Shown here piece by piece: positions 32,166 to 46,251 of a stretch of DNA of 64,000 nt. Under the pieces are notes generated by a model, which saw nothing but the letters and a program-made list of their open reading frames with translations, was not told the origin of the DNA and searched no databases. The translations under genes were made by a program, and so were the position numbers. This DNA is from Eledone cirrhosa (lineage: Eukaryota), in NCBI GenBank assembly GCA_964016885.1, contig OZ024742.1:204352001-204416000 (forward strand). Reading direction: 5' to 3'. Positions within the stretch are counted from its first letter, which is position 1. Every line of letters starts with the position of its first letter.

Positions 32166-32447
32166 TCTGTATATATACATATATATTTATATATATATAT
32201 GTTAATCTGTATTTATACATATATATTAATATATATATATATATAAGTATGTATACGTACATACTTATATTTAAGTAACAGCCGTACTAAGAGTGAGAAA
32301 CGGAATTTCGTTTCATTTTTTCCGTTAAAATATATATATTAATATATATATATTAATCTGTATATATACATATATATTAATATATATATATATATATATT
32401 AATATATATATATATATTAATCTGTATATATACATATATATAAATAT

Positions 32448-35400
32448 AAGTAAGATGTATGGTAGGTCGTACGTGAATCGCGATGATCACGTCTGACTTA
32501 CCAAATATGTGAGGTAGCTAGTTAAGCTCTATGCGTATACGCAGAGCAGAAATATTTGTGAAAAAGAACAAAGGAACTATTATGACATTATAACAAGTTT
32601 ATTGCCGACAGCCGTTTCGTCCGACCCCATGGTGGGACTTATCAAGGCATATAACATGTGATTGCAAGATCATTGTTTACATCAACGTATCACTCAAGGC
32701 TAGCAGTTTGAAATTGTTGTATACATCAGCAACTCCGCTTGTATAGTTGTGGTCAATATTCTAAGGGGGGCTCTTTTATATTAGTTGTCGGGGTCAGGGA
32801 TTGAAGTTTAAAAATTAGACAAAAATATATAATTTACGCATCAACATTAAACTAAAAGACTTGGGGTCCCGTAGAAGCACCTTAGAAAATCCCTCAATGA
32901 GTGCATAAAGCTCCAATAAACCTATTAGACTAGAAGAAAATTAAGAGGCTAATAAAATAAGAAAATAAAAATATAAAGTTTCCCTAAAAAATATATAAAG
33001 TTTCTATGAAATTTCTTCTAGAGAAAAAAAAATTTTTCCGAAAAAAAAAAACCTTCTTCCCCCGAGATCACGTTTACAAAATTCAGAAAACTGAATTGAA
33101 AACTAAGTTGAAAGAAACTAATCAATTAGAGGTTAATTCAGAGAGCCTTCCATAAATCTCTCAGAAAAGGCCCCTTTAATATTTCCAATAGGAACTTCTT
33201 CCGAGAGACCCTTCGAAGAATTAAAATTTTAGAGAGCCTTTAAGGATAAATATAAAAACGAATTGAGGAAAATTATACATTAAAAGTTAAAAATTAAAAA
33301 TTACGGTATTTGGGATATCCGAGGAATTTTCAAAGGGCTGCTTCAACAGATACAACTTAGGCATAATAGATACAATAATCTAAGCAATTTAAGTAATTTA
33401 ATTAGGGAGCAATTCAAGGAGTTTATCAAGTTGGGCAAGATTAAAGAAAGTGGTAACTAAGAAAATACATAAGCAAAAAGACAATAATTATAAAATGTAT
33501 CTTTAAGAAGGTATAAGGTAGCTTCAGTGATCTAACCATGTATTATCACAAAAAAACATTCTAAAATTATTGATACAGGATTAAAAATTATTACAAAATT
33601 ATTACAAAATTACCACAAAATCATTACAAAATTATCAAATCATCACAAAATTACCACAAAATCATTACAAAATTATCAAATTATCATAAAATTATCGCAA
33701 AATTATTACAAAATTATCATAAAATTATTACAAAATTATCACAAAGTTATTGATACAGGATCAACAAAGACAACAATATATATTCCTGCCCAATCAACAA
33801 GTAATCAGAACACTATTAAGGGTCAGGCAAAATTAGCTCAGGGATATCCCGCGCTCGGATACTTTACACACACACAGCAACACATAGGACTAGCACAGAC
33901 ACAATGGTACATTCTTGCCTAAATAACAAACAATTGATTAACAATTGATGGTCAAGAAAATGTACTCAGGGATATCCCGCGCACTGATATTTACATACAT
34001 ATAACAGGATGAACAGTACTGGTGACCGTGTGGGCGCGATATCCATTCTGCCTATGCAGTCCCCTGCATAGCTCCAGGCACGATATCCATTATGCGTATG
34101 CAGTCATCTGCATAGCTCCAGGCGCAGCTGGTCTTGTTTAAACGTTCATAGATCACCTGGGGTTCACTATTATCTGCGTGGACTCTCTGGGAGATGTACC
34201 TGTGGATCTAATAGCCAGTGGTTGCCGGATGTGATCCGTTCGATCTTTTAGTTTCAGGGGTTGAACGCTTTCGCGATAGACGAGCCTGCCGGTTCTAAGT
34301 CCAAGGTTTCGCTACGCAGATGTATTGGTCTACATGCTATATTGTTAAAAAACCAGTGTGGATTTGACTGGGGTGGTATATTACGAACTCCAAGTCCACA
34401 CGCGACTGGTCAAAAGCGAAGGGCTGTCCCCTCTTTGTTTGCTGTATGGGTCGGTCTCAGCTTAGATGGTGGTCGTGTTATCCATATTCCGTCAGCCCTG
34501 TATATTCAAGACAGATCAGGGTATGTATTTGCGGGTATGGTCCTGCGTCTACGTTATCCAGAGGGTCTCGCTTGTGGTATTTTCAAGTTCGCATGTCATC
34601 TCCCGGTTAAGACTGCGCATGCTTCGGTGAATCTCAAGCATGGAATCTTAGGGTATCATATTACACGGGGTGACCAGCAGAAAATATACATTCTATGCTA
34701 TCGCGCACGCGCTGGCCTGTGGCTACGACCGTGTCCAGTTTCGGGTGGTAGCAGACAGCAGGTAGACCAGCTATACACACCCCTGCTCAAGGGGCACAAC
34801 CCCCAACTTATCGAGTGGTCAGACTTCAAGGGAGTCAACTCTCCAAGCCCATTATGTCGACCGTGGTGAAATACAAAAAAAATTCCTATTAGTAAAGAAC
34901 TAATCACTGATAATAAAGAACCAGCTCAAAAGAATGGGGGGGCATCTATTTGGGCGGGGGTTTACTAAGGGAGGGGTGGGGGTGAGTGGCTATAGGCAGG
35001 GAGCGGCCGCCATATTGGGTGTTTTGTTACTGTTTCCCTAGGCAGTTCTCGAGTTTGTTGACATACATCTCCGACGGCACCCTCTCAGATTAGTCAACGT
35101 GGTTCCAGGCCCTCACGATGTCCTGCATCGCAAGCATCAGCTGCCCCCAGGGTGCCCAGCAACAGTGTTGCCACCAATCCCAGGTTGGCAATTGGGACAC
35201 AGGGTCGTCTGTTCCTCACCAGAGTCCCCATCGCCAATCGGGGAGCCGAGGCATCCATGCGGCCGGGGTTACCACAGAGCACCCTGTACGCCAGCGGGGC
35301 CGCCACGTGCAGAAATGGGTGGTGTCATGGCTATGTGTCCGGTCTGAAGAAAAAGAAAGAGCTAAGTATGGTATGGGGGCAGGACGAGAAGATTTCTGAT

Positions 35401-35787
35401 CTCCTGTTGAGCAAGTTGAGCCCTGAGAATACTATGGCATGAGATTCAGATAGGCACAGGCTACAACACCTGCTCAACGAGCTATATGGAGGAGCCTTAG
35501 TAAGGCATCTCCAGCTTAGTGTGTAGGGGGTTTTTGTTTGTTTTAAGCTATGTATATGCCCCGCTAACGACGTGGTATTTTTAAGCTTCTCATTACGGAA
35601 GCTATGCTGGTGGGCGTTGAACCTCGTCTTGAACTCATTAGCGGTTGATCCTACATACGTCTTAGTATACGTGCCTGTGGTTACGTTACAAGCATATACC
35701 ACGTTCCTGATAAGGCAGTGCCCAGCTAGTGGGCATTTGTCCTTCCTTCTGCAATTCCACTCTTTAGTAGGGACATGCCCCTCAATC
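32448..35787 (-). mobile_element. PLE, 5'-truncated: GIY-YIG end plus ~2.9-kb 3' region ending in an HHR-bearing pseudo-LTR
   Basis: 35331-35789: NCRRKDKCPLAGHCL..YVGSTANEFKTRFNAH..CSLCLSE; HHR at 32603-32649; (TA)n on both sides; 11-bp caaaattatta repeats at 33585-33750. Confidence 0.8.
32603..32649 (-). ncRNA. Hammerhead ribozyme with U3-A8 core
   Basis: tgcc-UUGAUAA-gtcc..ggac-GAAA-c ggct g-UC-ggca. Confidence 0.8.
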
Positions 35788-36004
35788 ATATATATATATT
35801 AATCTGTATATATACATATATATTAATATATATATATATATATTAATATATATAAATATATATATATATTAATATATTAGAAAGAGAGGTTTTTTTTACA
35901 AATTGAAAAATAACCGAGGTGTCCTACACGAGTGAAAGTATAAAGAAAAAGAGATGAAATCGAAAATGCAACTGGAGTCTTATTTTTTTTTAAAATATAT
36001 ATAT

Positions 36005-37228
36005 TTATTTGGTTCCTTTACCGGTTTCGCAGTTCTTCTGCTTTTCAAAAGGTGAGTTGATAAAGTAGCGCTCACGGCGACGTGGAAGAGAATAAAGTTT
36101 GAGCTTTTCTAATCGACCGCAATAGTCAAGGCCTGTCATGCCAACTATCTTTTTTGTAATTGACCTTTGGGGTGCTTCAACTTTCATGGTACTTTGTTTC
36201 GTGTGGGGTGACCACAGTGGACAACAGTATTCAAGGTGGGGTAGGGCAAAAGTGGAGAAGAGAAGGACAACAGTATGGATATCTCTCGACTGGAAAGTTT
36301 TGAGAACCCAGGAACATATTCTGCGGGCCATATCAACTTTGCTGTTTATATGAGTGGCCCAGCTTATAGTGTTGTCCACAATTACTCCCAGGTCTCTGAT
36401 GTTATTGGAAGCCACTAAAGTTTCACCCGAAGGAAGAGAGTATGGTAGTTTCAGGGCATCCTTTTTCCAAAGTGGATTAGTTCAAATTTATCCTCATTCA
36501 ACAGCATATTTTTCATCTCTGCCCATTGGATAACAGCCAGTAGGTCTGACTGGAGACAAGTCCGGTCACCTACCTCATTGATGACCCTTTGGAGCTTGGA
36601 ATCATCTGCGAAGATTCTGATGTTGCTGTGTCAGTAATGTCATTAATATAGATGATGAAAAGAAGTGGGCCCAACACAGTGCCGTGTGGGACGCCACTGC
36701 TGACTTTGGCAGGGCTTGATTTTACTCCTTCGGCTACACATGCTGGGTTCTGCCTGTCAGGAAACATTTGATCCACTGTAGTAACCTTCCAGAGACACCA
36801 ACATTGCATAGTTTTTTCAGTAGAATCTTATGATCAAGCCTGTTGAAGGCCTTGCTGAAATCAAGGTAGATGACATCAGTGTTGGAGCCCTCTCCCATTG
36901 CTCTCAAAGCATCGTCAAAGTGATGCAGGAGCTGCGTTAGGTAGTCCCTTCCATTACGGAATCCATGTTGGTTGGAGTTCAGCAGGCCGTTGCTTTCAAG
37001 AAAGTGGGTTATTCGTGATCTCACCACCCTCTCAAATACCTTGATAATATGAGAGGTGAGTGAGATCGGACGGTAGTTCATTTCAAGGGACTTATTTCCC
37101 TTTTTGAAGACTGGGACAACGGACTGGGACAGAAAGTTTTCAGGAATATAGCCAGTGTCCAGTGAGTTCCTCCACATATTAGCAAGAGTATTTGCAAGTT
37201 GGTGTCGACACACCTTCAGGACAAAAGC
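36005..37228 (-). pseudogene. CR1/L2-group LINE reverse transcriptase fragment
   Basis: [69 protein letters not shown]; frameshifted. Confidence 0.92.
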
Positions 37229-37285
37229 ATATTTATATATATATATATTAATATATATATATATATTAATGTATATATATATATA

Positions 37286-37433
<148 letters not shown>

Positions 37434-37471
37434 TATATATATATATATATTAATATATATATATATATATA

Positions 37472-37548
<77 letters not shown>

Positions 37549-37559
37549 ATATATATATA

Positions 37560-40450
37560 AATTAATAAAAACAATGAATCAAAACAAAGATGCAGTTCCT
37601 TATATTAAAAAATTCATCATTTTACGATCGTTTCTAGGATATATATGTGTGTTGGTATGTATATCATATAGATCTATGTAAACATTTTACAAACTATCAG
37701 AGAAAATATACATAGCTACACATATATATGCTGTCTTCAGAAATAGTGATTGAAAAAAAACAACAAAGATTTAATATAGTAGGTTTGTTCGGGAACAGGT
37801 TTTGAATTGACCAATAGAAAAGTAGTAGAAATTTAATTTAGGGGTAGAGGAATGCAGACTTCAGTTTTGAATGGAAAGAATATTTTGAATGAAAAGATTA
37901 CTTTGGGGGTGAAAAGAGGTCAAGCCGGTGAAAGGTACACGAAAATTTGATGTTATTAAAGAATAATGCTAATGTTAAAATCGAAGGAGAATAAAATTTT
38001 AGGATAAATGTGTTAGTGAGAAATACCAATCTTATTTTAAACATAAGGAATTTAGATCTATAAAAAGAAATTAAATTAATTTAATTGATAGGTATACTTA
38101 TAGGGATACATTTATATTAATTCATATAGATGTTATTAAATAGATGTTATTAAATAGATGTTATTAAAGAATGTTGTTAAAAACGAAGGAAAAAAAATGT
38201 TTTAGGGATAAATGTATTAGTGAGAAATAACAAACTTATATAGACTACAAGGAATTTAGATTCATAACAGGAAATTAAAATAGTTTATATGTATACTTAT
38301 AGGTATTAATTTTAGGAAAAGAGAGCTGTAAAAGGGAAATAAAATTATGAAGTTCTCAGCAGTAAAATACTAAATATAGGTTAACTAAATTAAAAAATCT
38401 AATTATAATAATTTGTAAAATATAAGTGTAAGGTGTATATTGATTAGGTTTATAATATTTGAAAGTTCTTCTAATTCTATGATTGCACGATATAATTAAT
38501 TCTTGTCGCTTATTTAATAGGATATCCTTAGATTTCATGATTTCAAAAAGTTCCTGGGAACATAATCTACACTCATATCTGTTATTTTGATAAGGGGTGG
38601 CCCTTTTGAGCACACTCCAGGTCAGGTTATAATCGATATTCCTTTTTCTATAATTATTAATTATTTCAGCCAAGGATGTTGTATTAGCTAATGCGGCATT
38701 TTTAAAACTGTGTTTGTGGGTATTAAATCTTACTTTAAATTGTTTAGAAGTAGCTCCTATATATGAATAAGTTGAGTCCTTAGTGCTAATTTTACATTTA
38801 TATACTATGTTATTAATAAAACAATTTCCTTTTAATGGGCAATTTCCTTTGTTTCTACAGTTACAACCATTCGTGAATATTATATCAGGGGAGTTAGTCA
38901 AATTTGGTGTGGAATTTACTCGACTTGTTATATGTGAAGGAGATGGTGGTTTGTTGCGGTTTATTTTAGTATTATGGCTAGTTTGATGAGTTGGTGGTGT
39001 ATTCATGTTGTTTTTTACATTTATATGCATTGTAGGCACTTATATTTTGTTGTATATTTTTTGGTAGTGGAGTAGGAAAATTTGACCGTTGATCTATTTA
39101 AAATTTGATGGTATTTATGGTTTGGCGGAAGGTTTTTTTCTAGGATAGTAAAAATGTTAGGGATATTATCTTTAATTTGTAGATTAAATGGAGCATTATA
39201 CCAAGTAACTCGTCTATTATGGTTTCGATGTTGTTTTTTATATTTATACGATGTATCAGGATGTTTACTAAAAGAGTTAGTATTAGTGAATTTATTATAT
39301 ATAGGTTTAATTAGATTAATTGATTTAGGTGTTTTAGTCTGATTATTAGGAATTTTGTTAGTAATGTTATTAACGTATATTGGAGTATTAGGATGAATGG
39401 TTTTTTGAAAGTTATTATATTGTATGTGAGAAGAGGTAGAGAAATTAAGTTTTAAGTTGGTATTTTGGGGTCTAATGTGAGTGGCATTTAGGTGTGTGTT
39501 TTTCATTTGGTGTTTGTTGGTAATGTTGGGTTGTATGTTTGAAGTATTATTGGTACAAGGTATATAGATTAATTTGTTTTTGTGGCCGCTTCTAGCTAAA
39601 GCTTCGTTATAAAAGGTTGCATTTTTATCGAATACATCCTGGTTAGATGAAAGGTTAGAAATTCTGAGTGAGATATTATATGCTAGGTTTTTAAGGATAG
39701 ATCTAGGGTGATTGGATTGTGAGTGTATGTAATGTAAGTTTTGGTTAGGTTTATGGTAAGGTTGGTAGATACCCGTAGATAAGTCTAAAGTTATATCAAG
39801 GAAATTAACTACTTTACTTGTGTTTTCAAATGTGTAATAGTGAGACTATAATAGTCTTTGAGGAAAGATTAATAAGTTTTTTTATTTTTTTCAATTTCTG
39901 ATAGGCTAAGAAAGAAGAAGACAGTAATCACGATATAAACCACCTTTAAGGTGTAGAAAAGAAGCATTGATGTTAAATAGAAGAAAGAAGTCCACAAGAT
40001 CGGTAATTTGGGCAAAATCACTAGAGCCCATAGTAATGTCAAATAGATTACTATATGTATTTCTGGTCCAGTATTCCTTCTGAAATTCCAGTAGTGTTTG
40101 TCTAGCGTGCGTGATAATATCAATGTCATCCATAGTTAAGTTTGATCTATTTTTGGCAAATATCAAGGCTTTATTCAGAAGTATGGGTGATATAGAGGGA
40201 TAATAAGCATCTATATCGAATTGTAGAAATGAAGCAGATGACATTGGCATCATTAGTAAAAAAAATTTTAGACAGAGTCATCCCACAATTAAGAAAACAT
40301 GTTAATTTGCCACTCTGGGAAAACACATCCCAGGTAATTAACTGGTTTACCAATATTAGAAATAAATCATCTGCTTCATTTCTACAATTCGATATAGATG
40401 CTTATTATCCATCTATATCACCCATACTCCTGAACAAAACCTTGATATTA
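37560..40450 (-). mobile_element. PLE (family A group), disrupted, with an inverted RT segment at its 5' end (40242-40449)
   Basis: FDIDAYYPSI, FDITMGSSD, GGLYRD, CNCRNKGNCPL, YIGATSKQFKVRFNTH, CRLCSQE; long-stem HHR at 37619-37744. Confidence 0.9.
37619..37744 (-). ncRNA. Hammerhead ribozyme with ~100-nt stem II domain
   Basis: attt-CUGAAGA-[atatatatgtgt...acacatatatat]-GAAA-cgatcg-UA-aaat; palindromic ACGAUCGU stem III; homologues at ~47902-48030(-), ~48414-48558(-), 53229-53373(+). Confidence 0.8.
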
Positions 40451-41211
40451 GATAGAGAAGTTGAAGATTTTATATTCTTCACATCAGCTTTCGCGCCAGT
40501 TTGTGTTTGAATTTCTTTTTACTTTAAAAAAAGTGGCTCACGAAGGCTTTTTTTTATAATAAATGTAATTTGATTGGTTATAAATGAAATTATGACTGTC
40601 ACGTGAACAAGTACATTAAATTTTGCGCCCGTATTTTGGATTTTATTTTGTAGCCTTTTAGAGAATTTTGTGCCAAACAAAAGATAATGGTCAAGAGAAA
40701 TGGGATGGGGAGAATTGTTATGGTTCAGTGAATATGGCTGGTGCGCTGGGGTGTCAGAATTCAGACTTTCTATTGAAATAAAGAAAGTAGAGATATGTAT
40801 GTTTATTTGTGTGCTTGTGTGTGAGATCCGCCGATCTTTACGCATGTTTTCCTAGGAAGGGGATCTTACTTTTGGGATTGCCCTCGTATATAATAACTGC
40901 GCGAAATTCGTACTTGGCGGTAGCGTTCAACGGGAGCTCCATTCCCAACGGCTGCCAAGCCAAGATTGAGCATCCCAGCGAAGCGCGCGCATGCTTGTTT
41001 CGGAGTGAAGGATGTACCAATCACAACAGTGTTGCCAACAGCTGTACGAACAGTTTCTCTGCGTCCCCATCGCTTTGGGGAACTTACTTTTGAGATTACC
41101 CTCTTATATGAATGTATATAAAGTGTATTTTGCAATACACTGTATGCTTAATTAAAAGCATTTTGAAGACCTTACGCTATTGTTTTAAAGTAGTGACTAT
41201 GTCACTTCTTT

Positions 41212-41302
41212 TTTCAACAAACAAAGGGAGATAAGCTGATAGATCTCTGTTTCATACTGTTGGTATTCCTCAGAGCTTAGCACTCCTTTTGTTTGTTGAA
41301 AA
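41212..41302 (-). ncRNA. Hammerhead ribozyme with long extended stem I
   Basis: aagct-CUGAGGA-atac caaca gtat-GAAA-cagagatcta-UC-agctt (41233-41278), extended by tttcaacaaacaaa(a/g)ggag / ctcc(c/t)tttgtttgttgaaa. Confidence 0.7.
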
Positions 41303-41417
41303 TTATGAATGTTGGATTCTTATAGAATTCCAGTAATAATCAAGAACTGATTATACAGAGCGGTTGCCGGTCCAGCAAAAATTGAAAATTAGAATCGGTG
41401 CTCTGAAATATATATTA

Positions 41418-41447
<30 letters not shown>

Positions 41448-41448
<1 letters not shown>

Positions 41449-41809
41449 AGAGTGAGAAATGAAATTTCGTTTCATTATATTACAACTTATCGTTTTCGGT
41501 ACGTCTGGCCGACTGAACTCACTCGATATGCAAATTAGGCTGTTCAGCCGTTAATATTCATAAGGAAAGTATATACTTTCGAACGTTCAACCATCTGGCA
41601 GAAGGGTATACGGTGCTGATGATAGCTAAGAAGCTTGAAACTAGTACATCGTTCCTGTGTCAGCGTTGAACAAAAAGGTGACGTGGTTGCCTTAACACCG
41701 TACGGCATAAATCAGGCTGTCCGCTTGTTTACAAACGGACAAAGCGGGCGTTATAATAAACGTCCGCTAAACTGATACGTACATATATATATATATGTGT
41801 ACCTGTATG

Positions 41810-41842
<33 letters not shown>

Positions 41843-41897
41843 GCATGCTACTGTACGTCTGTATACATATATGTATGTACGTATACATACATACTTG
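41448..41897 (+). mobile_element. Monomeric, diverged R1 copy
   Basis: Colinear with the 472-bp unit; intact HHR at 41610-41652 and octamer. Confidence 0.85.
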
Positions 41898-41909
41898 TAT
41901 ATATATGTG

Positions 41910-42003
<94 letters not shown>

Positions 42004-42188
42004 AATATATATATATAATATATATATATGTATATATATATATATGTATATATGTATATATGTGTGTATGTATGTATATATGTGTATATATATATATATA
42101 TATGTATGTATGTGTGTATGTGTATATGTGTATATGTGTGTGTGTATATGTATGTATATGTGTATGTGTATATGTATATATATATGTA

Positions 42189-42224
<36 letters not shown>

Positions 42225-42246
42225 TATATATGTGTATGTGTATGTG

Positions 42247-42283
<37 letters not shown>

Positions 42284-42290
42284 ATATATG

Positions 42291-42321
<31 letters not shown>

Positions 42322-42460
42322 GTGTGTATATATGTATGTGTATGTGTATGTGTGTATATGTGTGTGTATATGTGTGTGTATATATATATATGGATGTATT
42401 TATATATATGTGTATATATATATGTGTGTGTATATGTGTATATGTAGGTGTATGTATGTA

Positions 42461-42495
<35 letters not shown>

Positions 42496-42500
42496 GTATG

Positions 42501-42559
<59 letters not shown>

Positions 42560-42596
42560 GTGTATATGTAGGTGTATGTATGTATGTATGTGTGTG

Positions 42597-42656
<60 letters not shown>

Positions 42657-42691
42657 GGTGTTAAAGTTTGCTTGAAGCATTGTGAAATGTG

Positions 42692-43234
42692 TAAAATACG
42701 TAGTTAAGAAAGCCACAACAATGCAGAGGGAAATCTCGAGGTAGGAAGTGAATGATAGATAGGAGAAACAGGTGAAAGTGAAAATTGAGAGAGACAAAGA
42801 TGAAAACAAAACAAAGGTAGAAGGGTTACCGTAGTGGAGATTTAATCCCAATATTTCGGGCTCACGCCCATCAACGGGGGAAAGTTCCAAAAGGGGGGGA
42901 ACAGGCCAAGCGGAGAAAGTTGTGATGTCGTTAAGACAGGAATGCCGTTATGGGTGGAAAATTATTTAAAATTTAAACGTGCCAAACTCGGTTGCCAAAT
43001 TACCATCTCCGCTTGGCCTGTTCCCCCCCCCCCTTTTGGAACTTTCCCCCGTTGATGGGCGTGAGCCCGAAATATTGGGATTAAATCTCCACTACGGTAA
43101 CCCTTCTACCTTTGTTTTGTTTTCATCTTTGTCTCTCTCAATTTTCACTTTCACCTGTTTCTCCTATCTATCATTCACTTCCTACCTCGAGATTTCCCTC
43201 TGCATTGTTGTGGCTCTCTTAACTACGTATTTTA
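42692..43234. repeat. Fold-back (~225-bp arms, ~90-bp spacer) with HHR-like motif
   Basis: Arms 42692-42916 / 43006-43234; tccc-CCGUUGA-t gggc GUGA gccc-GAAA-ta-UU-ggga at 43045-43080. Confidence 0.85.
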
Positions 43235-43346
43235 TATATATATATATATTTATTTATTTATTTATGTATACGTATGTGTGTACGTATATGTGTGTGTATA
43301 TTTGTGTGTATATATATATGTGTGTGTGTGTATATATATATATATG

Positions 43347-43417
<71 letters not shown>

Positions 43418-43594
43418 ATATATATATATATGTGTGTGTGTGTATATATATGTGTGTGTGTGTATATGTATGTATGTGTATATATGTATATATATATATA
43501 TATGTATATGTGTATGTATATGTGTATATATATATATGTGTGTGTATATGTGTATATATGTATATATATGTATGTGTGTATATATGTGTGTGTA

Positions 43595-43645
<51 letters not shown>

Positions 43646-43782
43646 TGTGTATGTGTGTATATATATATGTGTGTATGTGTGTATATATGTATATATGTGT
43701 ATATATGTGTGTATATATATATATGTGTGTGTGTGTGTGTATATATATATATGTGTGTGTGTATGTATATGTGTGTGTTATG

Positions 43783-43813
<31 letters not shown>

Positions 43814-44314
43814 ATATATATGTATATGTGTGTGTGTTTATGGGTGCGCGCGAGTGTGAGAGTGAGTGTGTTTGTGAATGAGTCTGTTGATTTTTGGCAT
43901 ATAGTTTAAGAGAAATTTGAAGATAATTGTATGATATGCACTCAATATTTTGAATTTGTCTACAGAATTCTCTAAACCTTTGTCACTTAGTAGAATTGTC
44001 ACTTAAAGAATTTAGCTTTTAAAGAATGTCCCTTTCCTTTAAATCTATCAACCATGACTGACCCCCACTGATCTTATAGACACCTGTCAGCTTAAGAGAA
44101 ACTTAATAATAAGGAGTGGCACCCCATCCTGAACTTGTTTATAGAATTTTTTCTGCCTTTGTTACTCTAAAAATAAAAATAAACTATAGCTTTGTAGAAT
44201 TAGCTTTTAATGAATTCCCTTTTCTATCAACCAATGACCTACACCCATCCCACTCCCCACCCTCTCCTACCACTTGAAGAGACCTATAAATACCATACTT
44301 ATTTTTTGATACCC

Positions 44315-44365
44315 AGATTCCTGATGATTTCTAAAGAATGAAACAGTTCTAGTCCTGTAGAATCT
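44315..44365 (+). ncRNA. Complete type I hammerhead ribozyme in a PLE-type 3' end (~43870-44452; related piece at 23380-23545)
   Basis: agattc-CUGAUGA-t ttc taaa gaa t-GAAA-cag ttctagtc ctg-UA-gaatct. Confidence 0.88.
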
Positions 44366-44448
44366 CTTCTATATTAAAACTTTTATACTCTGCAATGTAT
44401 TGAGTACCTTACTTACTGTATTTACCTCCGATTCAACCCGGAATAACG

Positions 44449-44531
<83 letters not shown>

Positions 44532-44549
44532 ATATATATATATATATAT

Positions 44550-45040
44550 ATTTCGTTTCTGAATTTGTTTAGCAAGATTCTTTATCGGAAAACGTGTGTT
44601 GACACCGATATTGTTATACTTTGGGAGGGTCAAGTTAACAATAAGAAACACACGCACCAGTTGCTTTCACTCCAATTTATTATAAATTAAATTTATATAT
44701 TTAAGAATTTATAAATTTCCGGCTGGTTGGTTGGTTCCACAACCGGACGGTTGTTCATATATTCTCAAAGTTCTTTCGTCACACATTATGTGACCTCTTC
44801 AGGACAGAACAAAGGAGAGGCACAAAACAAAGAAAAGAATCCCCAGTCACTGAAGAGATCGCATAATGTGTGACGAAAGAAATTTGACAATATATGAACA
44901 ACCGTCCGGTTGTGGAACCAACCAACCGGAAATTTATAAATTCTTAAATTCATAAATTTAATTCATAATAAATTGGAGTGAAAGCATCTGGTGCGTGTGT
45001 TTCTTATTGGCAACATGGCCCTCCCAAAGTATAACAATAT
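44550..45040. mobile_element. Head-to-head pair of PLE family B pseudo-LTRs
   Basis: Minus arm 44550-44802, plus arm 44803-45040, both matching 12590-12874. Confidence 0.85.
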
Positions 45041-45274
45041 ATATATGCATATATATTAATATATATATATATATATACTTTTATTATGTGACGGTATTTT
45101 TATTATTATATTTTTTCTTATAATTGTTTGTGTGTGTGCGTATGTAGATATGTGTACATATATCTATATTTGTGCATGCGTATGTATGCGTGTATATATG
45201 TGTGTATGTATGTGTATGTACGTGTGTATATATGTATGATTGTGTGTATGTATGTATATATATGTATATATATG

Positions 45275-45366
<92 letters not shown>

Positions 45367-45664
45367 CATGTGTGTGTGTGTGTTTGTTTATTTGTGTGTA
45401 TGTGCATGTATGGATATGTTGATATATATGTGTGTATGTATGTATGTGTATATGTATGTGTATGTAGATATATATATATACATATATAGGTGAATGAGTG
45501 CATGTATGTGTATATATGTGTATGTATATATGTGTGTGTATGTAATTGTGTGCGTGTGTGCATGTGTGTTTATTTTTCCTTTCCTTCTTCCTTTTCCAGC
45601 CTCACTTTCATATAGATTATATTTTTGTTTTTAAAATCCAATGACAATAAATACACCAGGATGT

Positions 45665-45725
45665 TTTCATTCTGATGATTGAAAGCAAAATTTGTTTGCT
45701 TTTAAGAAACCACTGGTAAATGAAA
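45665..45725 (+). ncRNA. Complete type I hammerhead ribozyme
   Basis: tttcatt-CUGAUGA-ttgaaagcaaa..tttgcttttaa-GAAA-cca c tgg-UA-aatgaaa. Confidence 0.9.
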
Positions 45726-45827
45726 TAATTGCCTTATGTTGTTTATTACATAACTATTAAGCTCTGTAACCTACATAGAGCACTCTTTTTTCCTGGACCT
45801 TTCCGACGGAATTACTTCATTTATATA

Positions 45828-45909
<82 letters not shown>

Positions 45910-46251
45910 TTATATATATATATTTTAATATATATATATATTAATATATATATATATATTAATATATATATATATTAAAATATATATATATATATTAATA
46001 TATATATATTAACATATATATATATTAATATATATATATATTAAAATATATATATATATATATATTAATATATATATATATTAAAATATATATATATATT
46101 AAAATATATATATATATATTAATATATATATATATTAAAATATATATATATTAATATATATATATATTAACATATATATATATATATATATAAATATATA
46201 TATATATTAATATATATATATTAATATATATATTAATATATATATATATAA

